A program made the translations under genes and the position numbers. A stretch of 64,000 nt of DNA from positions 12,302,850-12,366,849 of the forward strand of contig NC_134029.1 of assembly GCF_964204645.1 (NCBI RefSeq). The letters are read 5' to 3'. The notes below the pieces were generated by a model. That model did no database searches. It saw only the letters and a program-made list of their open reading frames with translations, and was not told the origin of the DNA. Every line of letters begins with the position of its first letter. Positions within the stretch are counted from its first letter, which is position 1. Below are positions 1 to 12,660 of this stretch, one piece after another. This stretch comes from Tubulanus polymorphus (lineage: Eukaryota > Animalia > Nemertea).

Positions 1-1562
1 TACCTACCACCCCTCATTATTGTTGGAAAACTAAACGTTCGGCACTGACTAAAAATTAGTAATAACATTTTAGAAATGGCCAGAATTTTAACTTAGGTTC
101 TATCTCATTTTTATTTTACAATTGCGATTGGTATAATTTTTTTTTAAACGGTCGTTAAGGCTTCATGTTTCGTCTGCAATCCACTGCAAATAGTTACGCA
201 ACTACGCACATTTCAGTGTTTTTGGCAGCTGTACACTCAATCGGCACCGTTCGTGACTAGCTTCACTGCGGAATTATCATTAATTAACATCGCCATATCA
301 CATCATCAACTTATATTGTGCCTTAAAACCCTAACAGCCGAAATAATTGAAATGCACACACGATTTCTATCATTGAAAATTGAGAGAGTGGCCATGTTTG
401 TGTTTGCTGCTTCGCGTAAATCCCGCACGGTGGCGCACCCGCGCGGAGTGGGGCCGATACGTCCAGTATCAAAATTAAGCTTCAGCAAATATACTCTAAT
501 AATTTAAGCATTTATAATTCATTATAGACCTATTCCTTATTTTCAAGATTTAGAATATGCGCGCTTGCCATAAATGTTCACCACTGTGGCTCGCAGTTCA
601 GGGTTCATTGGCGCGCAGTTCAGGGTTGATTGTGCTACTGCAGACCCAAATACACTACCATTCATTGCCCATGTTATGACAAATTCACTACCAACTGCAG
701 CAACTTTCTAAGAAATGAATTATTTTTCAAGCTAGACCATATGCAACATTTATGCCATTTTGATTACTTGGGAGTACAGATTTTACAGAAGAATTCGCTT
801 TGAATTAAAATAACTTTCTGGGGCCGGTTTTATAGACTGGGTACTAAGATATCCCCAGGGAACATCTGCTAAGATCCGACCTAATCCGAATTCCAAAAGC
901 TCTACAGTTCACCGCGAAGTTGTGTCCGGAGCACTCCCCAGACTCTCGGCATTAGTGCTGAATATCGCGCGCGAGGAGTTAGACTAGATCAGCGCGCATG
1001 CGCTGTACAATCATTAGCACCTTTTTTGTTCGAAGCCTCAAGAAATGCAATGATTAGCGGCGCATCACCTAACACTGCCTGGATAGTTTTGAAGATTAGT
1101 CGACTTAGACAGGTCATCTGTATTGTTTAAACACCACAGCCAAGACAAGATCTGCGTGATACGCTAAGAAGTTAAATGGTGTTTGATAGCGAGCTGCTTA
1201 TTATGATAAGCGGTACGTTAATGCAGGAAAATTAAGGAAAAGGGAAAATTTTTTTATGATTTTAATAAGAGTAGATTACCTGTAAACAATCTTTGCGTTG
1301 GTTTTGTTTCAACCTTTGTAAAGTCAACAGGTTTTGACTATCTATTCCTTCAAATTCTTCTTTAGACTTCTGTTCACTATTAAAAAATAATATTATCAAT
1401 TAATGAATTGTTGAATAAAGGGGTTTCAATGACACTTGGTGAAATGCTTGAAAATCTTGATATTTCTAATATTCAATGCTCCTGGCCTTCAAAAGATTAG
1501 ATACATATCCTACTCCTCTAAATACTAGCTAAATACCAGGGATTATAACGGAGTAGTGTGAA

Positions 1563-1995
1563 AAATCTTAGGTACATATAGTGATACCAGTTAGGTTCGA
1601 ATCTGTAGTTTCATGTTTTGGATATACTTAAAGCGGTTATTCCCCAAAGTGCGTGGATTGAAAATGGAGTAGTTTGAAAACCGAAATCTATAAAACTATT
1701 TGGCAAACTGCTGGCATAGCCAGCATTTGCGAGCGCCGAAGGTGCGAAGCCCCTTACGGGGGGTTTGGGGGCCATCCCAAAAGTAAATTTGAAATTTCGA
1801 GGGGTTTTTGGCGCATCTGAGGCCCATTTTCCAGCATTGACTAATGACAAAATAAGACTGCTGCCACACGCGGTCGATCATTTGTTGTTTATGTCTGGAG
1901 TCAATGAAAAGGATGGCTCCGACAATATCCAAATCTTAGATACATATAGTGATATCAGTTAAGATTCGAATCTGTAGTTTCATGTTTTGGATATA
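1563..1995. repeat. Pair of ~64-bp direct repeats flanking a GC-rich MITE-like core
   Basis: aaatcttag(g/a)tacatatagtgata(c/t)cagtta..ttcgaatctgtagtttcatgttttggatata occurs at 1563-1626 and 1931-1995. Between them lies gcgagcgccgaaggtgcgaagcccc..ggggggtttggggg..aaatttgaaattt (~1729-1830), a motif common inside invertebrate MITEs. Confidence 0.7.
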
Positions 1996-4084
1996 ATTGA
2001 ATGAACGCGGCCGTAAATTCTAATTATAAATTTCCCGCGCAGTGCTATTATATACAATTATTGATTTGTTGAAAGTGGCGCTGACAGGTGGCTTTAGACG
2101 ATGTCGCGAAACAATGTTGTATATGAGAGAATTAGTGATCGTAGCACCAGTTTTATAAGACGCTTTTACTGTCTGTTCATTAAGTGATCTCAACTCACAA
2201 CTTTTCCTCAAAACTATAACCCAGGGTTCGAATTTCACGACGGGAATGGACAGCTTTTGACGACGATGTATTAGAACATAGTCGTTGACATATCTTTGTA
2301 CCGACGGCTTTAAAATGTTGCGTATTAACTTTCTTTAAAATGCCTTTGACTATTTCAATCACTGACACCACTTTGAAATCAAATTTCTGTAAAAATTCTA
2401 AAAGGTTTGACATGAAATCGAAAGTTACAGCGGCTGATGCCTTTACTGTATGCCGCATGGTGCTGCCACCCTTGCATATTTCCTGTGCTAGCATCAACAA
2501 CTATCTCCGTACAGTGCTGCCACCTAACAAAAACAACTACTATTAACATGAATTTTGATCTGAATTTTTAAACTTCCAATACATGTAGGCCCAATATTCA
2601 TTCCTTCAGTAGTTGAATTTAATAGTTATGCACAGTGCCATATTCTATCTTTGAGAAATTATAGATCATCAGAATATAACTATGTAATAAGTTCTTTCAA
2701 TAATCTAGTAATGAATTATTAAATTGCAATCACAAATCATAATGAACTGACCCAACTCTAATGATTTAATCTTGAGTGTTTAATTTTTACAAATATTTTT
2801 GACAATATTATAATTGATATACATTTAAACGTTTAAGTCAAGTAACCAAATAACATTGACTCTTATATAGAGTTTTCAATGTTCATGGAATACATAATTA
2901 ACCGGGTATTGTTTTCAAGATAGGCACTTGCTGTGGTGAGAGCTAGACTTGCTGTGGATCACTTCCGCCATCCACAACATTTCTGAAAGCAACTTCTGTG
3001 GATGAAAAATTCGAACCCTATAACCACTACCAGGTACCCCCCATTTTCTCAACGGATTTACACGAATCACAAGAATGATAAAAATAGATATCCAAATGCA
3101 GTTTCCGCGTAAGATTTTCATCCCTGTAAATACCCAAAAATAATTGCCCATGAGCCAAGAGGTTTACCACAGCCTTATGAAATGCAGAGATGAGATGATT
3201 TGACACAGTTCAAAATATATCAGAAAACGAAATAGGGATGCGATTAGTAATGTACGAATAGATTCAGTCCCGGTTAGAGAAATGATCCAAGACAGGGCCG
3301 AGATACCGCGCTAGCCACTTTTACTGACCAATCTGTCAATAAGACTAAGACCGATTTCATCGCGCATTAGGCGCATCACGTGGACGGTATGGCATGGTAA
3401 GGGAAACCAGAGCGTCATGACAAAATGCAAGCAAATCACACATACTTCCCACACGATGGCCATGCAAAGATGTGATCACAACGGACACGCCATGTCGAGA
3501 CAAAGAATGACGATTCATGTACTAATCAATACGAGTTCACCTGTTCTGTGTTTTCTATATGCAAATAAGTATTGCGTAAAATTCATCGGCATATTCACAT
3601 GCATGTTTTATCCACCAAAATAAGCACTGGTGCACCAAAAATCGATTTTAAAATGCAAAATATTTTCAAATCAATATTACTATTCATACAATATAGATTT
3701 AGAATACAAGTTTGGCAAGGAAAATCTGTTACTAAACAGTATATCAACAGGACTCCGTAGCAGGTGCCTGTAGCTCTGATTGGTTGTTGCGATGCATATG
3801 GAACACCGTTGATGAAGGATCTCCATTAAAACCTCAAAATGTAGGCCATCAGACGTTTATGCCATAAAACCACTCCGAAATATCAGCCGTCAAAAATATC
3901 GTTTTTGGCAGAAATATCCGAGGAATCAATGGCTACGATCCCGGTTCTTCGCATGCGGCTAGGCGCTCATGTCATGAACTGTTTGCGCTCATACAAATCG
4001 GCACCATTAATGGCATAAAATTTTGTGCCACCAAAAAGTGGAGGCACTCTCAAATGTGATGGCATAGAAAGCAAATTCACATTC

Positions 4085-4091
4085 ATATATA

Positions 4092-4157
<66 letters not shown>
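4085..4157. repeat. (AT)n microsatellite
   Basis: About 36 AT units with one interruption, and a further short AT run to ~4192. Confidence 0.97.
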
Positions 4158-4162
<5 letters not shown>

Positions 4163-4204
4163 TATATTAAATAAATAATATATATATATATAAATAATTT
4201 TTTT

Positions 4205-4335
4205 GCCAGTGCCTGCCACATGTCAGGCACCAACTATAATGCTGCCTGACATTAATGAGTTGGTGCCTGCCATTTACATGGCAGGCACCAACTGTATGGT
4301 GCCTGACACAAGTGATTTTGGTGCCTGCCATTTAG
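4205..4335. repeat. Cluster of GTGCCTG(C/A)CA motifs in both orientations, resembling DNA-transposon subterminal repeats
   Basis: About 7 copies. Perfect 16-bp inverted repeat agttggtgcctgccat-ttac-atggcaggcaccaact at 4258-4293. Confidence 0.75.
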
Positions 4336-4776
4336 CAAAGTACTACTGTTTTATAGAGAATTTCCTAATTACTAACATTAAAAACATATGAAGAATTGCA
4401 CACAACCTTTATTAATATTTGAACTTCAACATTAAAATTTATTTTCACAATACCATAAAATCTCTAACAGCAATCAGGATGAACCTTACCAACTATACCA
4501 TAAAATCAATCTCTAATAACAGCAAACGAAACCGGAACCAACAACAGGCAATAGAATACATTCATGATTCATGATTACAGGGTGTCACTTGACTTTGACT
4601 GATTACAATATTTTGTTTCTTATATATTTACATGTGGGTGTGACATGAAACATTATACAAAGTTAAATCTATGCAATGTTTGTTATTGTAATGTTTTATT
4701 GGTCTTCAACAGACACAGGTCTCTACTTTCAAGTGAGGAGGTCAAGTCAACATCAAGACAGAATAACCACTAAGTA

Positions 4777-7700
4777 CTAATCATCCCAACCTTCAAATTC
4801 AGATTCTTCATCTTCAGAGGCACTTAGGAAATTATCGAGCCACCAGGTCCTGCGATCCTCTGCTTCAGCTCTCATCACTTCTTCATCATCAGATGAGTCT
4901 GAAGATGAAGAGTCATCTTCTTCAGTATCCTGCAGAGCCTCACTCTCTTTGACATCATAATACTTCCTCCTTCTCTTCCTTTGTTTGTACTTCCTTCCAC
5001 CTTTCTGATTTGGCCTCCTCACTTTTCTTTCCTTCCAGAGAGCAACTACAGGGGACACATCAAACTTGCCAACTGGAGGGCCCTCCTCCACTATGCGCAA
5101 CAAATTAGTTAGCCTGACTTCGCCAAGAGAACACCGTGCAGTAGTTTTGATGCGCTTGAGTTTTGAGAAGAGACGCTCCAGTTTGGCATTACTGACTGGA
5201 ATGCAAAACAAAAGTTCAATCAATGCAATGATGTTTTGCCACCTTATCTTGGCATGAGAAGAATGGAAAATTAATTTCCATACATCTTTGTAGTTGCTCT
5301 TTGATGGATTCAGAAAATCCAGTGTGTAACTTACCAGGTCGTGCCACTCCTCAGTCACTGTTACTGTTGGGCAGGAAAGCCCAATGCAAGCTTGAAAGTG
5401 CTGATACAGTTCGGTTATTTCCGCATCAGCAAATTCTTCACCCACAACACTATCATCAGCTGAATCAGGCTCACTGAGCATTTTTGATTTTGGTAACCAA
5501 AGCTCGGTGTTCAAAACAATTTCAACCTTTTCAACAACAGAATTCTCGAGGCGAGCAGAAATACACGTGTTTACAGCATCAATGATAGGGTCTTTGTGTG
5601 CCCTACAATATTCTAGGCTGGAGTCAAATGATCGTGAAGAGAACCTGACACCCTGATACGAGCATTGGTCTCCTTCACGCTTGATTTGACTCATGAGATG
5701 TTTTGTGACGGTCATATTTTCAAGACTTTCGTTTGCCAGTTTCTGCATTTTTTCATTCACAATTCTGACAGCTGCCACACTACTGACAATATCAATGCCT
5801 TCACTCTGAACTGACTTTGACAAAACTGATGGGGGTGTCAGAACATCAATGAAAAATGCAATGTGAATGAGCATCTTACTAGTTATCCATTTTTTCAAGT
5901 AACCTTGAACATCTTGGCTGTTTCGTTCAGTGGACAGATTCTCTAGGTGCATGATATATAAACCATACTTGTCTAACACCAAGCGTAAGGCATTAAGTTC
6001 GAAAGATATCCATCTAGTACCACATGCCTTTTTGGGTTTCAGGGAACCCTCAGTACATTCAAATGTGTTGTATACTAGCGATGCAAGATTTTTTAATTCT
6101 GCAAGTTTCTTTGGAGACTTGTGGTATAGATAGAATAGGCGCATTAACATGTGGTCAACATCTTTGAAAAAGGTCTGGTCAAGTGCATCTTTTAAGGCTA
6201 ACTCTAGTTTATGAGCAATGCACCACTGAAAAATGAGCCAGGGACATTCATCCTTGAGTAATTTTGAAACACCACTCTTTTGGCCACTGTTCACTGATGC
6301 TCAGTCGGCACCAAAGCCGATCAGTTTGGAATAGAGCTCAGTTTTATCAATGCCTATCCTTTCAAAACTTTGTTCGATTGCCTGTTTAATACCAGCCGCA
6401 TTGGCTTTGTACAAATCTTTCAAATACAAGAAAACCAGTTTTGGTTCAGGGTTTTCACATTTTGTATCAAAGTAGAGAACATAAAAGCATTCTTTTTCAA
6501 TCACACTTTGATCTGTGGATCCATCAGATAGCACACTAAAATATCTAGAGTTTTTCAACTCGTTCTTCAACTGATCAGAAAGATATTTTCCGTGAATGTC
6601 TACAAACTCGCCACATTGTACCCTGTTTACGTACGCTTCACCAATATCTACTCCGTGATGTTTTTCTAGCTTCACAATTTCCTCGTAAACTGTGAATGGA
6701 AGTTCGCTCTTTGCAACAAAGTATGCAATTTCAAATTTCCGCTGAAGCTGATTCTCTAACTGACTGTCAACTTTGGTGAAACTAGCTTGGTGAACTAGAA
6801 GATCGTAGGCTAAGTTGGGTCAGTTTTTTGAAGGCCAACCTGAAAGATATAATTTAAAAAATCTTTCCATGCTAACTTAATAAATCTCAAACCCTGAGAT
6901 TTTGCTAACTTTATTTTGAAAAAAAATTATTTCCTAAAATATCCACTTCTAAGTCTTCTCTATGGTCTAATATGCTTCCCTGGGCTAAAGTAGCATGTTT
7001 CAGGAGTTTTGCCGTTGGTTTTGAAAATCAAGGGTTGGTAGGATCCCCTTCAGAAAAAAAAAAATTCAAACATTTTTTTTACCCTTTTTCGGGCCCGTGT
7101 GGGGCCCCGGAAGTTTTATTTCGTCAATCTAGCTCCGTTATATGCGCAGTGTATTGTGTGAGTGCCTGGAGCTATTGTATGTCGAGTACAAAGAGCGTAA
7201 GCCACCGTCGAGTGTTGCCAAGACTACCAGGCATACACTCAAGCTATATAAGGTTAATTTCAAAAATACATGGAATCGTAACTAATCGTATTTAATTTCT
7301 TCAATAATTTATTGCTCGGGGCCCGAATCTACAGAACATTTTCAATATCGAAATAAAATTGATAGACTTTAAGAGTTAGTAAGTTTCTTTCCAGTTTCAT
7401 TGACAACAATTAATTTTCTTGGTGTTCCTTTAGTCACTGACACTATTTTGAGTGTTTTTGTTGTTACACTCACGTGTTTTCGAATCGTTATGATTGCTTA
7501 ATTTTAGTATGAAAAATTAAATCAAGCTGCAGTGACGAAGCGTCCGTCACTTAGATTTCATCTACTACATATTAAGAAAAAACTTTTTTTTAATATGGTG
7601 CAAGGTCAATTAATGTTTAAAAAGAGGCACAATGATGCATTGACTTAACTTTTTCTAAATGAATAAATTAATTTGAATTTAATTTTATGGAAAATGGGAG

Positions 7701-8003
7701 ACCAACCTGAAATCCTGTGTCTCTCTTGAGAAGCTCAGCTGCTCTTATGTGGCATCTTGTACTGGCGTGATCCTTTGCATTTGACAGTTTCAAGTTTTTT
7801 GAACTAACGATCCAGGCATCTGAAAAATCTTTCATCACTCGTATGGTCTTCTGATACCGTGTACACCACTTGCATTTTAAGTCTGTCACCAATCCATCAG
7901 CATCCCCTGTATAATCCAACCACACGTCTGCATTTTGCGTAGCCAAGTCATCCGTAATCCATTTCTTAACAGTATTTACTTTTAACAGACGTTTTTTCGA
8001 CAT
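4777..8003 (-). pseudogene. hAT-superfamily transposase, ZNF862-like; two exons (8003-7707, 6839-4777), disabled
   Basis: Exon 1 has a zinc-finger-like CKWC..H..H pattern. Exon 2 reads KFEIAYFVAKSELPF, SVLSDGSTD (first D), GFGAD*ASVNSG (second D; in-frame TGA at 6301-6303 where G is expected), WCIAHKLEL (CxxH) and PVSNAKLERLFSKLKRIKT (catalytic E/dimerisation domain). Phase-0 GT-AG intron 7706-6840. Extra TAG at 6810-6812 and a frameshifting short duplication at 6771-6798. The reconstructed protein is ~780 aa. Confidence 0.92.
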
Positions 8004-8159
8004 CGTGAGCGAATTTCATTCCAAATTATATCAAACGCTTTCGAAAATATCGATAACCCGGAAATAAAAGTATATTTTACTTCCGCGTTTGCGTGCGCAA
8101 GCTTGACAACACGTGGTGCGGTGGAGCTAGCAGATGGATACATTGACTAAACAGAACTA

Positions 8160-8747
8160 CCGTATTTTCCGGCCAATAAGCCGATTTTCTAGCCTCAGAT
8201 TTTCACCCAAAATATCGTGATCGGCTTATTGGGCGAATACGATCTGACATAAAAAATCACTTCCTGATCAATGATCGTCAAAATCAAGAAAAGTGGTCGA
8301 TATTAATTTGAGGTCATTATTTACTACCAATTATAATCTATTTTGAACTATTTTATTTTTACTTTGATTGTTCCATCACCGCACAGCGGCAATGGTATAC
8401 ATTTACATAACGCGCGAGTTCATCGTACTACCACGTGTCAGTTCATACATTAGTATACATGCAAATCAGCAGTGAGCCGCGTACTGCGTGTATGGCTGTG
8501 TGTATAGTAATCAGCTGAGTGAGTCTATATATAGCACAGTCACTCGGCGATGATAGTATACACAGCACTCTCACACATCGGCGGGCGCTACTGTCAGCCT
8601 CTTAAATCGTCAATTAAGATGAACTAATTGACAAATCAGTGAATTAAAATCTCTGATGAAGGGCCTCGGCTTATTGGGCGAAGCTTTATGAAATCCATGT
8701 ATTTTAGGCTAAAAAACTGCCCTCGGCTTATTGGCCGGAAAATACGG
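8160..8747. mobile_element. 588-bp MITE of the Tc1/mariner superfamily (Tc2/pogo-like CCGTA termini)
   Basis: Perfect 25-bp TIR ccgtattttccggccaataagccga (8160-8184 / 8723-8747), with TA on both sides (8158-59, 8748-49). Internal copies of tcggcttattgggcga at ~8221 and ~8666. Confidence 0.95.
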
Positions 8748-8899
8748 TAGCGCGATTTCACCGCAATAAGCAACGGAATTGAACAGAAGACAACTGGCGC
8801 GATTTATTGCAATAAACATCGGAATTAATTGATCGGTGATAGGAAACGGCGCTATTTATTTTCATATCGGTTCAAAAAAGCTAAAATTATTAGAACCAT

Positions 8900-9000
8900 G
8901 AAAATTTTCGTGCCGGTCAGCGTGACAGGCAGGAGCGATTTTGCAACGGACATCGTAGCGTTTTGAGCCGGCCAATGTCCGTGACTTATTTACAGCCTTG
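8900..9000 (-). mobile_element. Probable 5' terminus of the hAT element
   Basis: The minus strand from 9000 reads CAAGGCTGTAAATAAgtcacggacattggccgg, close to CAGGGCT-type hAT ends, with cggaca/tgtccg subterminal motifs. It lies ~400 bp upstream of the ATG once the MITE is removed. Confidence 0.6.
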
Positions 9001-9215
9001 ACAAGTTTGGACATATTTTAATTAGTTTTTCACTCTGGCTATCTGTTTCTTTGGTATATTGACCAATCATGATGTTCGTTACAAATGCGAGATGGGTCCG
9101 AATTTGTAGGGTACTTAAACCCTAGCTGAACCAAGGTCTTTGCTCAGTTTACATCTTGCATCTGTAATAAACACATGATTGCTGTCAATCAATACACCTA
9201 GTACATTGATGTCAG
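9001..9215 (+). mobile_element. Possible 3' part of the Gypsy 5' LTR plus a degenerate primer-binding site
   Basis: AATAAA at 9166, ..tagtaCA ending at 9205, then tgatgtcag (9207-9215), one mismatch from the tRNA-Leu-type PBS start TGGTGTCAG. No matching 3' LTR found. Confidence 0.4.
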
Positions 9216-9335
9216 TGTCAACTCACGCTTCTAATCCGAACCAAAAGTCACAAACTCAAGCAGCACCAACCCTGGACAAAGAAAACATACCAAACATGCC
9301 GGAATTCAGTAACCTCGATTCACCGATCAAAACCC

Positions 9336-12300
9336 ATCCTGGGTTTAGACTTCCTTGAAGCAAATGACGCAAAAATCTGTTCCAAAAACCGTACCCTCAC
9401 TCTTCGGGACAATGGAGTCTATACGGTCCTCAACACGTCCGGTGCTGGCCTATTCTGAATCTCGCATTCCTGTCCGCATGTCTAAATCCGACACCCCAAA
9501 GATCTGTTTTTTGGAACCAGTTCAATCTCTTCACAAGTTGCAAATCTTAGGCGCTAAATGTCTTGTCAACGTCAATAAGAATCGTTCAATCACTTCCATC
9601 CTCAACCCCACCGATCAGGAAATGGTGCTACCTCGTAAAAGGGTTGTTGCTGTATATTTTGATTTAGACCAGGATTCAATTGTTCCAATTAATGATGATT
9701 TTGACGCAAATAATTTTGATAAAACTGAACAAACGGAATTAAACCTGCCGCAGCCAATCCATTTCGATCTATCAGATGCAATTCTTGATGAAGGTAAAAA
9801 AGAACAAAATTTCTGAAGGACAATCGTGATGTGTTTGCTGCTGACCGGTCCGAAGTTGGTCACACTGAAATGTATTATCACAAAATTGAAACTGACTTCG
9901 TAGCGAGAAAAGTCAGCCTTCCTTTTTACCGCACTCAAGCGGAAAATAAAAAGGAAATTGAACGACAAGTTGGCGAGTTACTCAAAAACAAACTCATAAC
10001 TTAGTCAAATTCTGAATTGCATAGTCCGGTAGTACTCGTAAAAAAGAAGTCTGGTGAATTTCGCTTCGCCGTCGATTATCGGAAGTTCAATCATATTACC
10101 ACTCAACACGATTTTCCTCTCCCAAGGTTTCGAAGTTGCGGTCGATTTTAATCGGTAACTCGAAAGCCCAATTGTTTAGTAGCCGCGATCTGGCAAGTGG
10201 TTTTTGGTAAATCCCTCTAGAACCTACCACTAAACATGTCGGCTTTCATCACCCACCACGGGATTTTTAAATTGGGAAAGATTACCATTTGGTCTGAAAG
10301 ATAGCCCGGCTACATTTGCTTCAGTCATGGTTCATGCTCTCCAAAGCCTCAACTGGAAATTTGTGCTTATATACGGGGATGACATTTTGATTTTACTCCC
10401 GTAACCTTGAGGAACATCTCCATCATCTTGATCACATTTTTGAACATCTTCGTAAGGCAGGCCTCACACTGAAACCATCTAAATGTCAGTTTGCACGACA
10501 TGAAATACTCTATTTAGGTCATATCATTACGAAAGAAGGCGTAAAAATAGACCCATCCAAAACTAAGGTCATTCGTGAATTAGAACCCCCAATGGATGTT
10601 AAAAGCATCCGCCAGTTCCTAGGCATGTGTAATAATCACCACAAGAAGTTCATTAAGGGTTACAGTCAGATTGTCACTCCTTTGTATAATCTACTGAAAA
10701 AGGATGACAAATTTTTGTGGTCCCTGGAATGTGATAGAGTCTTCAACTCCTTGACATGCCCTAACATCAGCACCAATTCTTGTATACCCCGACATGACAA
10801 AACCCTTCATCTCGACTACTGATGCATCAGACTACTCATTAGGTTATATCCTAAGTCAGATAGACGATAACAAACGAGAACGTGTCATTGCATTCGGTGG
10901 TTGTGCATTATCAGGTGCTGAACTCAAATACTGCACTATTGAGAAAGACGGCATTGTTGACGGTATTCACCACTTCAGGGTTTACCTCGCAGGGTCCAAA
11001 TTCAGATTCACAATAATTACTGATCACCAAGCTCTGGTATACATCCAGTCAATCAAGCCAGAAACAAAACACGTTCATAAGTGGGCATTATCTATCCAAC
11101 ATTACAACTTCGATGTCGTTTACAAAGCTGGGGTTAACAATGAACTGCCAGATTTCTTATCACGAACTAAATACACTGAGCCAGAGAAACCTCTTGACGA
11201 GGAATCGTACGATAATGGGGCAGAAATCTGCACCATTGATCCTTCATGTTTCACCGATATGTGTTCACTTCGAGAATCACATAGGGCCCAATGGACATAT
11301 CGGGTACAAGACAAGATATCTCGAGACACCTCTGTACTAGAAACAACTGTTTCAGTAGTCAATATAGGTGACTCTGCATCAGCTTCCCATATAGGTCTTT
11401 TTCAGAAAGAAGCAAAAGATTTCAAAGATATCTATGCTTATCTATTGAATGGTACCTTGCTTGAAAACAAGGAACAAGCCAAGAAAGTCATTCGGGTTGA
11501 AGACGGCTATGCTATCTGTGAGGGTATTCTCTTTTACTTCTGGCAACGACACTATAGTGACAAACGTCTGATTCGAACATTTGCATTACCCCCTAGCAAA
11601 AGATGTAATGCTCTTAAAGCTTACCATGACTGTATTGCAGGAGGAGGAGATTTTGGAGTAGAAAGAACATACGCAGCTCTGAGGCAAAATACCATAGGCC
11701 AAAAATGTTCAGTGACATCAACCATTACGTCAAGAACTGTGACGAATGTCAACGTTCAAAAACCTCACGCCATAACCACCCTGCTCCTCTCCACCCTCTT
11801 CCAGTAGCTAGAGACTTTGAACTCGTCCACATGGATATCTTAGGGCCACTGGTCGTGAGTGATGAAGGTTATCAGTACATTTTACTCATTGTAGACAGTT
11901 TCACAGGCTGGTGTGAAGCCTTTCCTTTGAAAGATCAGTGTGCTTCTACTATTGCCAAGGTTCTATTTGCAGAAATCATTTCTAGGCACGGCGCCTCAGA
12001 ACAACCGTCATCAGATTGGGGTAAAAACATTCTCTCCAAGATAGTAGCAGCCCTCTGCGAACTTTTTCATATCAAGAAACTGAATACCACTTTTTATCAT
12101 CCCGAAACAAATTCAGCTTGTGAACGCCGTAACTCCTCGCAGAGCTTACGGGCCTATTGCATAGACCCGAAACAACAAGATTGGCCAGATCTCTTTCCCG
12201 GCATCATGATGGCATTCAGGATATCACCCTCGACACGCTCAACAGGGTATCCCCTCATTACCTATTGCTTTGCAGAGAGATGAATCTACCTTTCGATACA

Positions 12301-12660
12301 TCGTTACAATAACAAACCAATCTGGGTACCACTGCTAACTATTACATCAAAAATCTTCTAGATACTCTCCAAATGACAAATGAAATTGCAAGTGACAATG
12401 TAGGGAAATGTAAAGAAACGATGAAACAAGATTTTGACAAAAAGGCTAAAGAACCACATTTTCGACCACTCGAGCAGGTCTTACTGTGAACAAAAAAGGT
12501 TCCCAAGGGACTTTCCAGGAAATAACAACACAAATTTGACGGTCCATATTACATTGTTGACTGTAGCAATAATTATCATTACAAGTTGAGAAAATGTTCA
12601 GATGACAAATTGCTTCAATCTCGTCAACATGCAAATCGAATGAAACACTACCACGACCCT
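9336..12660 (+). pseudogene. pol: Ty3/Gypsy LTR-retrotransposon pol, heavily frameshifted
   Basis: Protease end ILGLDFL (9336). RT motifs SPVVLVKKKSGEFRFAVDYRK, DLASGFW, LPFGLKDSPATF, YGDD (10372-10383) and LKPSKC..YLGH. RNase H TTDASDYSLGYILSQ..TDHQAL. Integrase C..C, HMDILGPL, IVDSFT, YHPETNSACERRN, then FDGPY (~12535). The order PR-RT-RH-IN is Gypsy. Gag is largely deleted. Confidence 0.95.

Noticed and set aside
2020-3623. Short ORFs and possible minus-strand exons
   Set aside because: No recognisable domain, and no consistent splice chain could be built.
4007-4219. ORF with an IYIYIY run
   Set aside because: Translation of the (AT)n microsatellite.
7085-7330. gggccc inverted motifs inside the hAT intron as MITE ends
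   Set aside because: The match is under 10 bp with no TSD. It may be a decayed element, but I cannot delimit it.
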